64,000 nt of DNA from Candidatus Sulfotelmatobacter sp. (GTDB lineage: Bacteria > Acidobacteriota > Terriglobia > Terriglobales > Acidobacteriaceae): contig JASHPH010000170.1 of NCBI GenBank assembly GCA_030038255.1, positions 4,204-68,203 of the forward strand, in the 5' to 3' direction. Positions 56,740 through 64,000 of the stretch are shown here, in pieces (the stretch's first letter is position 1; every line of letters starts with the position of its first letter). The notes under the pieces were generated by a model. It searched no databases. It saw only the letters and a list, made by a program, of their open reading frames with translations, and was not told the origin of the DNA. The position numbers and the translations under genes were made by a program.

Positions 56740-58569
56740 ATGGTGGGTACACAGAAGCCACAGAAACCAGGTCGCGGGGAGCGTCATAGCGCGGCGTGGG
56801 GCAAACGACTGAGCTTGGTGCTGCTGTTGGCGACCAGCATGGCCTTTGGACAGCGCTCCGGCGCCCCCGGCAAATGGTCCACCTTGGACAAGCTTTCGCC
56901 CGACCTGGTGCAGATCGTGAATGCGAGCCCCCACCTTGCGGGATTTCAGGCCAAGACGTCCGTGAACGCGATCATTCAGTACAGGACGAATCCCAGAGCC
57001 GAGGACTTTTCCAAGGTACAAAAACTGGGCGGCAAGGTTACGAGACAGTTAAACCTGGTCAAGGGTGCCGCGATCAGCGTGCCCACCAGTTCTCTGCTTG
57101 AACTGGCAAGCGATCCAAGAGTGACCTTTGTTAGCGTCGACCATCCGATGCAGGTGGCGGACGATCTGACCAACGGCGCCACCGGCGTAGCGGCAGCCTG
57201 GAACGCAGGATACACAGGAGCCGGCGTGGGCGTGGCAGTGATTGATAGCGGTATCAACGATAGCCATCCCGATCTTTGGAATTCGAGCGAGACTACTTCG
57301 CGTGTGGTGTACCACCAGGATTTCACCGGAACGCCGACCACCAACTCCAACGGAGCCAAATACGACCTCTACGGCCACGGCACGCATGTGGCCGGCATCA
57401 TTGGCGGCAACGGCTATCTTTCCGGCGGCGAATACGCGGGTGTGGCACCGGGAGTGACTCTGGTCGACTTGCGGGCGCTGGACGAGAACGGTGCGGGCAC
57501 CGACAGCACCGTGATCGCGGCCATTCAGGAAGCAATCGCGCTGCAGAACACCTACAACATTCGTGTCATCAATCTCTCGCTGGGCCGTGGAATCTTCGAA
57601 AGTTACACACAGGATCCTCTGTGTCAGGCGGTGGAGTCGGCATGGAAAAGCGGCATCGTAGTGGTGATTGCCGCGGGCAATTACGGCCGGTTGAGTGTGG
57701 ATGGAAGTGACGGCTATGGAACCATCACTGCTCCGGGCAACGATCCTTTTGTGATCACCGTGGGTGCGACCAAGGACAATGGCTCAGCTTCCCCCTCGGC
57801 GGAGACATTAGCCAGCTATAGCTCGAAGGGACCCACGACGTACGACCACATCGTTAAACCCGATCTGGTCGCTCCTGGTAATGATGTGGTTTCTCTCGCG
57901 GCTCCTGGTGCAACACTCGAACTGGCGTTTCCAGCCGAACTTGTTACCGGAACCGACGGCAATAACGACTACTTCACTCTGAGCGGGACCAGCATGGCGA
58001 CTCCCGGCGTGGCGGGAGCCGTCGCTTTGATGCTGCAGGAACAGAGCGCGCTCACTCCGGATCAGGTGAAAGCGCGCCTGATGAAAACCACCTACAAGAT
58101 GGGCTTGACCTCCACATCAGCGTACGTACCGCACCTCCAGCAGACCTTCGTGGACTATTACGATCTGTTCGCGGTGGGATCGGGCTTGTTGGATGTGCAG
58201 ACCGCCATCACGAATACCGATCTGGCTCCGGCCACGGTCGGAGCGGCTCTGTCGCCGACCGCTGTGTATAACCCGCAGACGGGCGTAGTTTCGCTGGTGT
58301 ACGGAAACTCGAGCGTGGCTTCGAACTCCGTGGTTTGGGGATCGTCGCTGGTCTGGGGCACAGCCATCGTTTGGGGCAGCGCAGAAGTCAATGGCACTTC
58401 CATCGTCTGGGGCAGCTCTCTGCCATGGAGCGACAACCTCCTCAGTGCGTTCAGCGTGGTCTGGGGATCGAGTACGGGCAGCGCAACTACGGCCAGCAGC
58501 CTGGTGTGGGGCGCTGCTGTGGGAAATGCCGACGCCGCATTCTCTGATGCTGGAGACGACGAACAATAG
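56740..58569 (+). CDS. Secreted S8 (subtilisin-family) serine peptidase with a C-terminal VWG-repeat region
   Basis: The ATG at 56740 gives a signal-like LSLVLLLATSMAFGQ. Catalytic triad motifs VAVIDSGI, HGTHVAGII, SGTSMATPGVAG. The track ORF start at 56365 adds an implausible Pro/Arg/Ser-rich extension. Confidence 0.85.
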   Translation: MVGTQKPQKPGRGERHSAAWGKRLSLVLLLATSMAFGQRSGAPGKWSTLDKLSPDLVQIVNASPHLAGFQAKTSVNAIIQYRTNPRAEDFSKVQKLGGKVTRQLNLVKGAAISVPTSSLLELASDPRVTFVSVDHPMQVADDLTNGATGVAAAWNAGYTGAGVGVAVIDSGINDSHPDLWNSSETTSRVVYHQDFTGTPTTNSNGAKYDLYGHGTHVAGIIGGNGYLSGGEYAGVAPGVTLVDLRALDENGAGTDSTVIAAIQEAIALQNTYNIRVINLSLGRGIFESYTQDPLCQAVESAWKSGIVVVIAAGNYGRLSVDGSDGYGTITAPGNDPFVITVGATKDNGSASPSAETLASYSSKGPTTYDHIVKPDLVAPGNDVVSLAAPGATLELAFPAELVTGTDGNNDYFTLSGTSMATPGVAGAVALMLQEQSALTPDQVKARLMKTTYKMGLTSTSAYVPHLQQTFVDYYDLFAVGSGLLDVQTAITNTDLAPATVGAALSPTAVYNPQTGVVSLVYGNSSVASNSVVWGSSLVWGTAIVWGSAEVNGTSIVWGSSLPWSDNLLSAFSVVWGSSTGSATTASSLVWGAAVGNADAAFSDAGDDEQ

Positions 58570-58603
58570 CCGTGTGAAATTCCAGGAGAAAGGAGGCCAA
58601 TCA

Positions 58604-59347
58604 TTGAAAAACACACGGCGAATTCAGGCGTTCATCGGCGCGATGATGCTGGCGGCGGCAACCACGGCAGCTTACGCGGGAATGCTGAGCCACACGCTGC
58701 ACGGCTATTTCGCACTGGCAGTGCTCGCGCTGGCGGCGGCCACGTCGAGGATGAAAGTTAAATTGCCGGGCATTAACGGCAACATGTCGGTCAATCTTCC
58801 CTTCCTGCTGACGGCGGTGGTTAATCTCAGCCCTGCGGAAGCGATTCTGATCACATGGGTTTCCACCGCGGTGCAATGCTGGCCGCGAAAAAACGCGAAG
58901 TTCAACTCACAGCAGATGGCATTCAACATCAGCATGATGACGTTTGCCAGCTGCCTCGCGAGTCTGATGTTCCACGGAGAAGCGTTGCATGGCTGGGCGT
59001 GGATGTCCTTTGCTTGGAAGTCCACTCCCTTGAGTCTGGCCCTAGCGACGCTCACCCTGTTCGTGGGACAAACCGTCCCCGTGGCAGCGATCATTGCGCT
59101 GAGCGAGGGCAAGGCGGTCGGGCCACTTTGGGCCAGCATGGCGCAGCTGTCATTCCCCTATTACGTATTGAGCGCGGGAATCAGTTCCATGGTCGAAACC
59201 GTCAGCGCGCACATGGGCTGGCAACTGGCGCTCGCCGTCTTCCCTGTGATGTACGCCATTCACCGGTCGTACAAGCTATATTTCGCAAAGACGGCGGAAA
59301 CACAACGCGCGGACGTGCTGGTCCGAGCGGCTAGAGCGGGTGCGTAG
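58604..59347 (+). CDS. Stand-alone polytopic membrane protein homologous to the N-terminal sensor module of the HD-GYP/GGDEF protein
   Basis: TTG at 58604, 7 nt after AGGAGG (58591-58596). Shares KV.LPGI.G.MSVN..F.L, ..IAL.E.K...W and SFPYY strings with residues ~40-210 of the 49610..52081 product. Confidence 0.6.
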   Translation: MKNTRRIQAFIGAMMLAAATTAAYAGMLSHTLHGYFALAVLALAAATSRMKVKLPGINGNMSVNLPFLLTAVVNLSPAEAILITWVSTAVQCWPRKNAKFNSQQMAFNISMMTFASCLASLMFHGEALHGWAWMSFAWKSTPLSLALATLTLFVGQTVPVAAIIALSEGKAVGPLWASMAQLSFPYYVLSAGISSMVETVSAHMGWQLALAVFPVMYAIHRSYKLYFAKTAETQRADVLVRAARAGA

Positions 59348-59472
59348 TTGCTGTAGCGAGGGTTGAGTCAAGGAGGAGGGCGGTATGGCGGTGCTTTCGG
59401 CCCGCTGCCGCCCTTCCTTTATTTCGACTGCATTTCTTTTTAGCGGGGCGCGATGCTGCCAGCCCGGGTTGA

Positions 59473-61344
59473 TCAGTGACGCGCCCGCAGCGCGTCGCAG
59501 CGCTCGCGAGCCTCGGTCATGCCGGGAGCCAGTTGTAGCGCGGCTTCATAAGCATTGATCGCGGCTTCGAACTGACCCTTGTCCTCCAAAGCGCGGCCCA
59601 ACCAGAAATCGGCTGGCGCCATCGGTGCGATCTTTGCCGCGCGGGAAAAATCCGCCACAGCCGCGTCCAGATTTCCCAGGCGATACTCCGCCGTGCCGCG
59701 GCCGAACAGGCTGTTTTGCTTGTCGGGATAGATCTGAAGCGCAGCGCTGAACTGTTCAATCGCCGGCTTCAGATTGCCCTGATTCAACCATAGAAACCCG
59801 AGATTGTTGTGGGCTCTCGCCGCTCCGTTCTCGTCGGACGCGTACCGCAGCGCAAGCTGGTATTCTCGCGCGGCGTCGTCGAGATGCCCCTGCTGTTGCG
59901 CCAGAATACCGAGGTTGTAATGTGCCCCGGACAGCTGCGGCATAAACGTCACCGCAGCCTGGAAGTGCGGCAGGGCGAGGTCAGGCCTGCCCATTTCCAC
60001 GAGCGTGGTGCCAAGATTGTCCTCAGCGATCGCGTTGTGTTCGGTCACCTGCAATGCGTGCGCAAACAGCCGGTAACTGTCGTGCCAGTAAGTAATCTGC
60101 AGGATTGCCATCGAAGCGTAAGCTACCAGCGGCGCCGCTACCAGCACGACCTGAACCGGCCGTGCCAGCTCGAACCGCCGAAACAGGTCGGCGCACCCCC
60201 AGACCGCGATGATGAACAAACCAATGAACGGGAGATACGCGTAACGATCCGCCATGGCCTGCCTTCCCACCTGCACGACGCCAATCATCGGAACCATGGC
60301 GACGACATACCACAGCCACCCGGTCAGCAGGTAACGGCAGCGTTCACGGTTGAGCCAAACCAACAATGTGATCGCCGCAAGCAGCAATCCGGCCGCCAGA
60401 ACTTTCCAGAGCGCCAGTGTGTTTTCCGGGTGCGGATAGAACACCGCCAGCCGCGAAGGCCAAACTCCTTTGACGAGATAACTGAAGTACGAATAGATGG
60501 CATTGGCGACGCGCTGCCTGAGAGGAAGGACAGCAGTAAGGGCCATCGCCCCTCCCCGCCGCTGAGCGTAAATGGTGATCGCGGAACTGGCCGCCGACAA
60601 GACCAGCAGAGAAATTTTCTCTCCCACGAGACGGGCGAAGCTCGGCCGCCGCGACGCTTCTGTGTTTGCACTCAAGCTCCGCAACGGCCAGTAGTCCCAA
60701 AGCAGCAGAAGAAACGGCAGAGTCACAACCATGGGCTTGGCCGCCAGTCCCAAGGCAAAGAGCACCGCCAGCGCTGCATAGCGGTCGGCACTTCGGTAGC
60801 TTGCATACCTCTCGTAGGCCGACAGAGCCAGAAGAAAAAATAGCATGGAGAGCAGCGATTTCCGTTCCGCCACCCACGCTACGCATTCCACGTTCAAAGG
60901 ATGGACTGCAAACAGCGCAGCCACTAATGCGCTGCGCGCAACATTGCGCGTCGCCCGCCGCAGCACAAGAAACAGAAGCACCACGTTCAGAGCATGCAGC
61001 AGAACGCTTACCAGATGGTGGCCGCAGGGATGAGTTCCGAAGAATTGCACATCCGCCATGTGGGAGATCCACGTCAGCGGATGCCAATTCGCTTCCCCCG
61101 TAGTTGTGAATGCCCACGCGATGTTGCTCCACGAGAGCCCTCCCAGCACATGGGTATTCGCCGTGACGTACCCATCATCGTCGTAGTTCAGGAAATTGGC
61201 GCCCAGAGCCGGAATATAGAGGATCAGCGTCCCGGCAAAGAGGATGATCGACGCCACGACTGGTGAATTCAGGCTTGGGAAGGTGATTTTTCCGTCGCCC
61301 TGGTTCGCGGAACTTTCAGAAGCGGAATTTTGAGGATCAGTCAT
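59473..61344 (-). CDS. TMTC/PMT-like GT-C membrane glycosyltransferase with C-terminal TPR repeats
   Basis: The N-terminal polytopic domain has a NYDDDGYV acidic loop motif (DUF1736/PMT_2-like). The C-terminal ~220 aa are TPR repeats (AHYNLGIL..., AHNNLGFLW...). Confidence 0.7.
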   Translation of the reverse strand: MTDPQNSASESSANQGDGKITFPSLNSPVVASIILFAGTLILYIPALGANFLNYDDDGYVTANTHVLGGLSWSNIAWAFTTTGEANWHPLTWISHMADVQFFGTHPCGHHLVSVLLHALNVVLLFLVLRRATRNVARSALVAALFAVHPLNVECVAWVAERKSLLSMLFFLLALSAYERYASYRSADRYAALAVLFALGLAAKPMVVTLPFLLLLWDYWPLRSLSANTEASRRPSFARLVGEKISLLVLSAASSAITIYAQRRGGAMALTAVLPLRQRVANAIYSYFSYLVKGVWPSRLAVFYPHPENTLALWKVLAAGLLLAAITLLVWLNRERCRYLLTGWLWYVVAMVPMIGVVQVGRQAMADRYAYLPFIGLFIIAVWGCADLFRRFELARPVQVVLVAAPLVAYASMAILQITYWHDSYRLFAHALQVTEHNAIAEDNLGTTLVEMGRPDLALPHFQAAVTFMPQLSGAHYNLGILAQQQGHLDDAAREYQLALRYASDENGAARAHNNLGFLWLNQGNLKPAIEQFSAALQIYPDKQNSLFGRGTAEYRLGNLDAAVADFSRAAKIAPMAPADFWLGRALEDKGQFEAAINAYEAALQLAPGMTEARERCDALRARH

Positions 61345-61632
61345 TCCGAGGCTGGGGAATCACCTCCCATGGTGACACTTTCTCCTCGGAAAAGGCGTGT
61401 CGAGCAAGATGCGTCGAGAGAAAATTCTTCATTCGCGGAGGCGCGGTTGGCGAGGCGAAAACCGGCCGCCCTTGCGAACACTCCCGGTCGGCGGTTCCTC
61501 GCTTGACAATAGACCAGCCCAGTTGGCGAGGGTCGCGTCGCCACACTCCATGCTAACCTACAGTCGTTTGTGCTCGTGCTGTGGCTCAGCGAATGGACCG
61601 CTTGAAACAAGTGAAGCTACAGTGGAGGCGCT

Positions 61633-62706
61633 ATGAGGCTAAAAGCGCTAGATTCTCTGCTCAGCGTTAAGTCGAAGGTGTCCAAATCCTCTTTGTTTCC
61701 GCCACTGCGGTGCGTGCCTTTCGTCATTTTCAGCATCTGCACCGCCCACCTCCAGGCCCAGAACACCGTGATCGTCGGTTCGGGATCCAGCGTACCGGCT
61801 CCGCTTTACAACCGCTGGGCGCAGGAGTACGGCAAACGCAACCCGAAAATTCAGCTGCGTTATGTGCCCATCGGAACGAGTGAAGGAATTAAACAGATTT
61901 CTCACGGCACCGGCGACTTCGGCGCCGGCGAAGCCCGGCTTACCGACAAAGAAAGGAAAGAAGGCGGCCTGATCGAGCTGCCGGCAGTGCTCATCGGCAT
62001 CGTGCCGATTTACAACCTTCCCGAAGTTCACCAGGAACTGCGGCTTTCCGGCGAGGTTCTGGCCGAGATCTTTCTCGGCGAAATCAAGACCTGGAACACA
62101 GCGCCCATCGCAAAGCTGAACCCGGACGTGGCCTTGCCCAATCTTCGAATCCAGGTGATCAACCGCCCAGGCGGCAAGGGATCGAACTACGTTTTCACTG
62201 ATTTCCTCTCCAAGATCAGCCCCAAGTTCCGCGCCCAGATCGGGGTGACAGCTTCGCCGAGCTGGCCTGTCGGCACGCCCGCCGAACGCAGTTCCGACAT
62301 GGTGGACAAGGTGAAGAGCGAAGCGGGCACGATCGGCTTTGTGGAACTGCAGTATGCGCTCAAAGCAAACATTTCCACCGCGGCAGTTTTGAACCCGGCC
62401 GGAAAATATGTCCGGGCGTCGGCTGAAAGCATTTCGGCGGCCTGTGAAGCGGTGGAGGCGCCGCGCTGGAACAGCTTTGGTGCGTCGCTGACGAACGCTT
62501 CCGGTGCTGATTCGTTCCCCATCAGCAGCTTCACCTGGATTTATTTGCGAACCGAGTCGTCGGATTCGGCGCGATCCGCGGCGCTGCACAATTTACTGGA
62601 CTGGATCTACTCCGACGGTCAGCGGTATGCGTCAGAAGAAGGTTATTCTGAGCTGCCCCAGCCGCTGCTCGCCGCAGCTCGAAAGAGGATTCAGGAGTTG
62701 CACTAG
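61633..62706 (+). CDS. pstS: Phosphate ABC transporter substrate-binding protein
   Basis: VGSGSSVPAPLYNRWAQEY....QLRYVPIGTSEGIKQ....DFGAGE; 357 aa with a signal peptide. No pstCAB follows within the window. Confidence 0.8.
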   Translation: MRLKALDSLLSVKSKVSKSSLFPPLRCVPFVIFSICTAHLQAQNTVIVGSGSSVPAPLYNRWAQEYGKRNPKIQLRYVPIGTSEGIKQISHGTGDFGAGEARLTDKERKEGGLIELPAVLIGIVPIYNLPEVHQELRLSGEVLAEIFLGEIKTWNTAPIAKLNPDVALPNLRIQVINRPGGKGSNYVFTDFLSKISPKFRAQIGVTASPSWPVGTPAERSSDMVDKVKSEAGTIGFVELQYALKANISTAAVLNPAGKYVRASAESISAACEAVEAPRWNSFGASLTNASGADSFPISSFTWIYLRTESSDSARSAALHNLLDWIYSDGQRYASEEGYSELPQPLLAAARKRIQELH

Positions 62707-62752
62707 GACCGATCTGCTCCATCCTGATGAAGCTTTCTTCCGCTTTGGAGGC

Positions 62753-63298
62753 ATGATGCGAAATTCCATGATCTGCGTCTGTTTTGCCGTGCTGACGTGC
62801 TTTGCTCTCGCGCAACAACCGTCAAGCCAGGCGAATTCGGCTCAGTCTAATCCCCCCCAAGCTAGTCCTACTCAGGCCAAAACAACCCCAGACAAACCTG
62901 GCCGAAACGCACCCTCCGCCGACGGGGACGCGGCTCTGAAAGCCATCTTCGAGGCCAAGATTACAGCGGAATGGGAGGCCATCAAGAACAAGGACAAGAA
63001 AGCCTACGGCGAACTGCTGGCGGACGAATATCAGGGCGTCGAAACCGATGGCCGCGGCGAGCGCAACAAGCTCCAGGCGATCAACGAACTGGTGGACACG
63101 AATGTCTTTACCTACACGCTGTGGGGGATGAAAGTAATTCCTGTCAGCCTGGACGCCACTTTCGTCATCTATGAGGTCACGATGCAATTCCCGCCGAAGT
63201 CCCAGGTGCGCTATTCACGAGTCTACATTGGAGCACTCTGGGTGAAGCGCGGCGGAGAGTGGAAAGAACTGCATTACCAGGAAACGCACGTAAAGTAG
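62753..63298 (+). CDS. Secreted NTF2-like (DUF4440/SnoaL-like) protein
   Basis: The ATG at 62753 follows GGAG. Signal peptide MMRNSMICVCFAVLTCFALAQ, a low-complexity linker, then a ~120-aa NTF2-like core (...ALWVKRGGEWKELHYQET). Confidence 0.55.
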   Translation: MMRNSMICVCFAVLTCFALAQQPSSQANSAQSNPPQASPTQAKTTPDKPGRNAPSADGDAALKAIFEAKITAEWEAIKNKDKKAYGELLADEYQGVETDGRGERNKLQAINELVDTNVFTYTLWGMKVIPVSLDATFVIYEVTMQFPPKSQVRYSRVYIGALWVKRGGEWKELHYQETHVK

Positions 63299-63391
63299 TT
63301 CCCTGCCGGTCCCGCGGGGCCCAGTTTTAGCAACCGGGGAGTAATTCTGATCATCAATTTAAGCATGGCGTCCGTGACTAGGAGGTGTGCC

Positions 63392-63757
63392 ATGAGGCCA
63401 CTCGTGTTGGCAATGCTGCTGCTTTCCGCCAGTTTTGCCGTGGCGCAGAACCCCAATGCTTCGCCTGCAGACAATTCCAAACATGACAAGGGAGAGATCA
63501 CGATTCAGGGCTGCGTCACGCGATTCAGCGGTGACTACGTCCTGATGAAGCAAGACCCAGGAGTCAGCTACGAACTGCTGGCGACCGGCAAGATCAAACT
63601 CAAGGACTACCTCGGTCAGCGGGTCGAAGTAACCGGAGAACAATCGCCCACTCTGAGCAGCAGTTCCGACGCCATGAACCGGGTCGGATCCGCCAGCCCG
63701 GTGACGATTACCATCCGCTCGATTAAGACGCTAGATAGGGAATGCCCGTTGCGATAG
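63392..63757 (+). CDS. Small secreted hypothetical protein
   Basis: AGGAGG lies upstream of the ATG at 63392. Signal peptide MRPLVLAMLLLSASFAVAQ. No motif recognised. Confidence 0.5.
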   Translation: MRPLVLAMLLLSASFAVAQNPNASPADNSKHDKGEITIQGCVTRFSGDYVLMKQDPGVSYELLATGKIKLKDYLGQRVEVTGEQSPTLSSSSDAMNRVGSASPVTITIRSIKTLDRECPLR

Positions 63758-63809
63758 CGGCGTCAGCGAATGTTGGACCGTCGTGGTTAACGTGGCTGAT
63801 CCAGATTTC

Positions 63810-64000
63810 CTAATCGCAATCTGGGGGCATGGCCATGATTTCTGCGTTGGAATCACATGGCGATTTCTTTTTCTCGGGCTCGAGTCGGGCGGGACGGTTG
63901 TAACGCAGAACCCACAATCCCTGGTCGTTGGTAAGGTAGATCAGCCCGTGGCGCCCGTCGGGAAGAAGGCTGGTGACCTTGGTGAAGGTTTCCAGCGTCT
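63810..64000 (-). CDS. C-terminal fragment of a hypothetical protein; the 5' end lies beyond the window
   Basis: The minus-strand frame is open from the window edge to the TAG at 63812..63810: TLETFTKVTSLLPDGRHGLIYLTNDQGLWVLRYNRPARLEPEKKKSPCDSNAEIMAMPPDCD*. The other two minus frames hit stops earlier. Confidence 0.35.
   Translation of the reverse strand, partial: TLETFTKVTSLLPDGRHGLIYLTNDQGLWVLRYNRPARLEPEKKKSPCDSNAEIMAMPPDCD

Noticed and set aside
59378-59425. Bidirectional terminator between the convergent membrane-module gene and the TPR gene (GGGCGG-N24-CCGCCC followed by a T-rich run)
   Set aside because: The stem is only 6 bp with a 24-nt poorly paired loop, which is too weak to call.
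59809-62589. ORFs 59809..60843 (+), 60344..61132 (-, other frame) and 61648..62589 (-)
   Set aside because: They are shadows of the TPR/GT-C gene and of pstS respectively, and both of those real genes carry strong family motifs.
1-64000. Search for rRNA/tRNA genes, CRISPR arrays, transposases/integrases, toxin-antitoxin or phage-defence modules
   Set aside because: No spacer-repeat periodicity, no cloverleaf-like candidates in the few intergenic gaps longer than 150 nt, and no ORF with recombinase, nuclease or defence-type motifs was seen. The window looks like core chromosome rather than a mobile island.

Overview
This is a GC-rich, almost fully coding 64-kb chromosomal segment with about 55 protein genes. 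I recognised no rRNA, tRNA, CRISPR array, transposase, integrase or phage gene. The gene content suggests a soil Acidobacteriota-type genome: secreted FecR-like and SH3-tailed proteins, several GT-C-type membrane glycosyltransferases (one with a TPR tail), and an aa3-type oxidase locus with extra cytochromes. That placement is inference only. Left to right the window holds: dinB (partial), an orphan octaheme HAO-like cytochrome, glgA, rsmA, a Memo/AmrB-family protein, a CocE/NonD hydrolase, two tandem paralogous secreted proteins, a FecR-domain protein, ruvC, a phosphofructokinase with PPi-type residues, and three GT-C-like membrane proteins (the first copy frameshifted). These are followed by an esterase, a split thioredoxin-like/VKOR pair and an MA-type metallopeptidase. 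Next comes an ~11.7-kb same-strand lipid-type cluster: a lipid kinase, two acyl-AMP/CoA ligases, a free-standing ACP, a crotonase, a pyruvyl-transferase-like protein, a thioester-reductase-type SDR, a HAD::fatty-acyl-reductase fusion and a polytopic membrane protein. After an MBL-fold hydrolase there is an A-type heme-copper oxidase locus (CoxII-I-III-III-IV), preceded by a cupredoxin-like protein, a dihaem cytochrome c and a CxxCH-bearing beta-barrel-like protein. Then come two SH3-tailed secreted proteins, ctaB and a cytochrome c peroxidase. The right part is a c-di-GMP/sigma-54 neighbourhood: a PAS-AAA+-HTH-PilZ enhancer-binding protein, a membrane HD-GYP-GAF-GGDEF protein fused into an operon with a peptide-type ABC importer, an S8 peptidase with a VWG-repeat tail, and a stand-alone copy of the same membrane sensor module. 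The window ends with a TMTC-like TPR glycosyltransferase, pstS and small secreted proteins. The candidates I rate highest for a second look are the lipid cluster, the c-di-GMP/sigma-54/peptide-transport neighbourhood and the haem-motif beta-barrel upstream of the oxidase. Many neighbouring genes are joined by ATGA/GTGA start-stop overlaps (at 8357, 17095, 19689, 27976, 43596, 52978), which supports the operon calls. All family assignments come from motif recognition by eye; no database search was possible.
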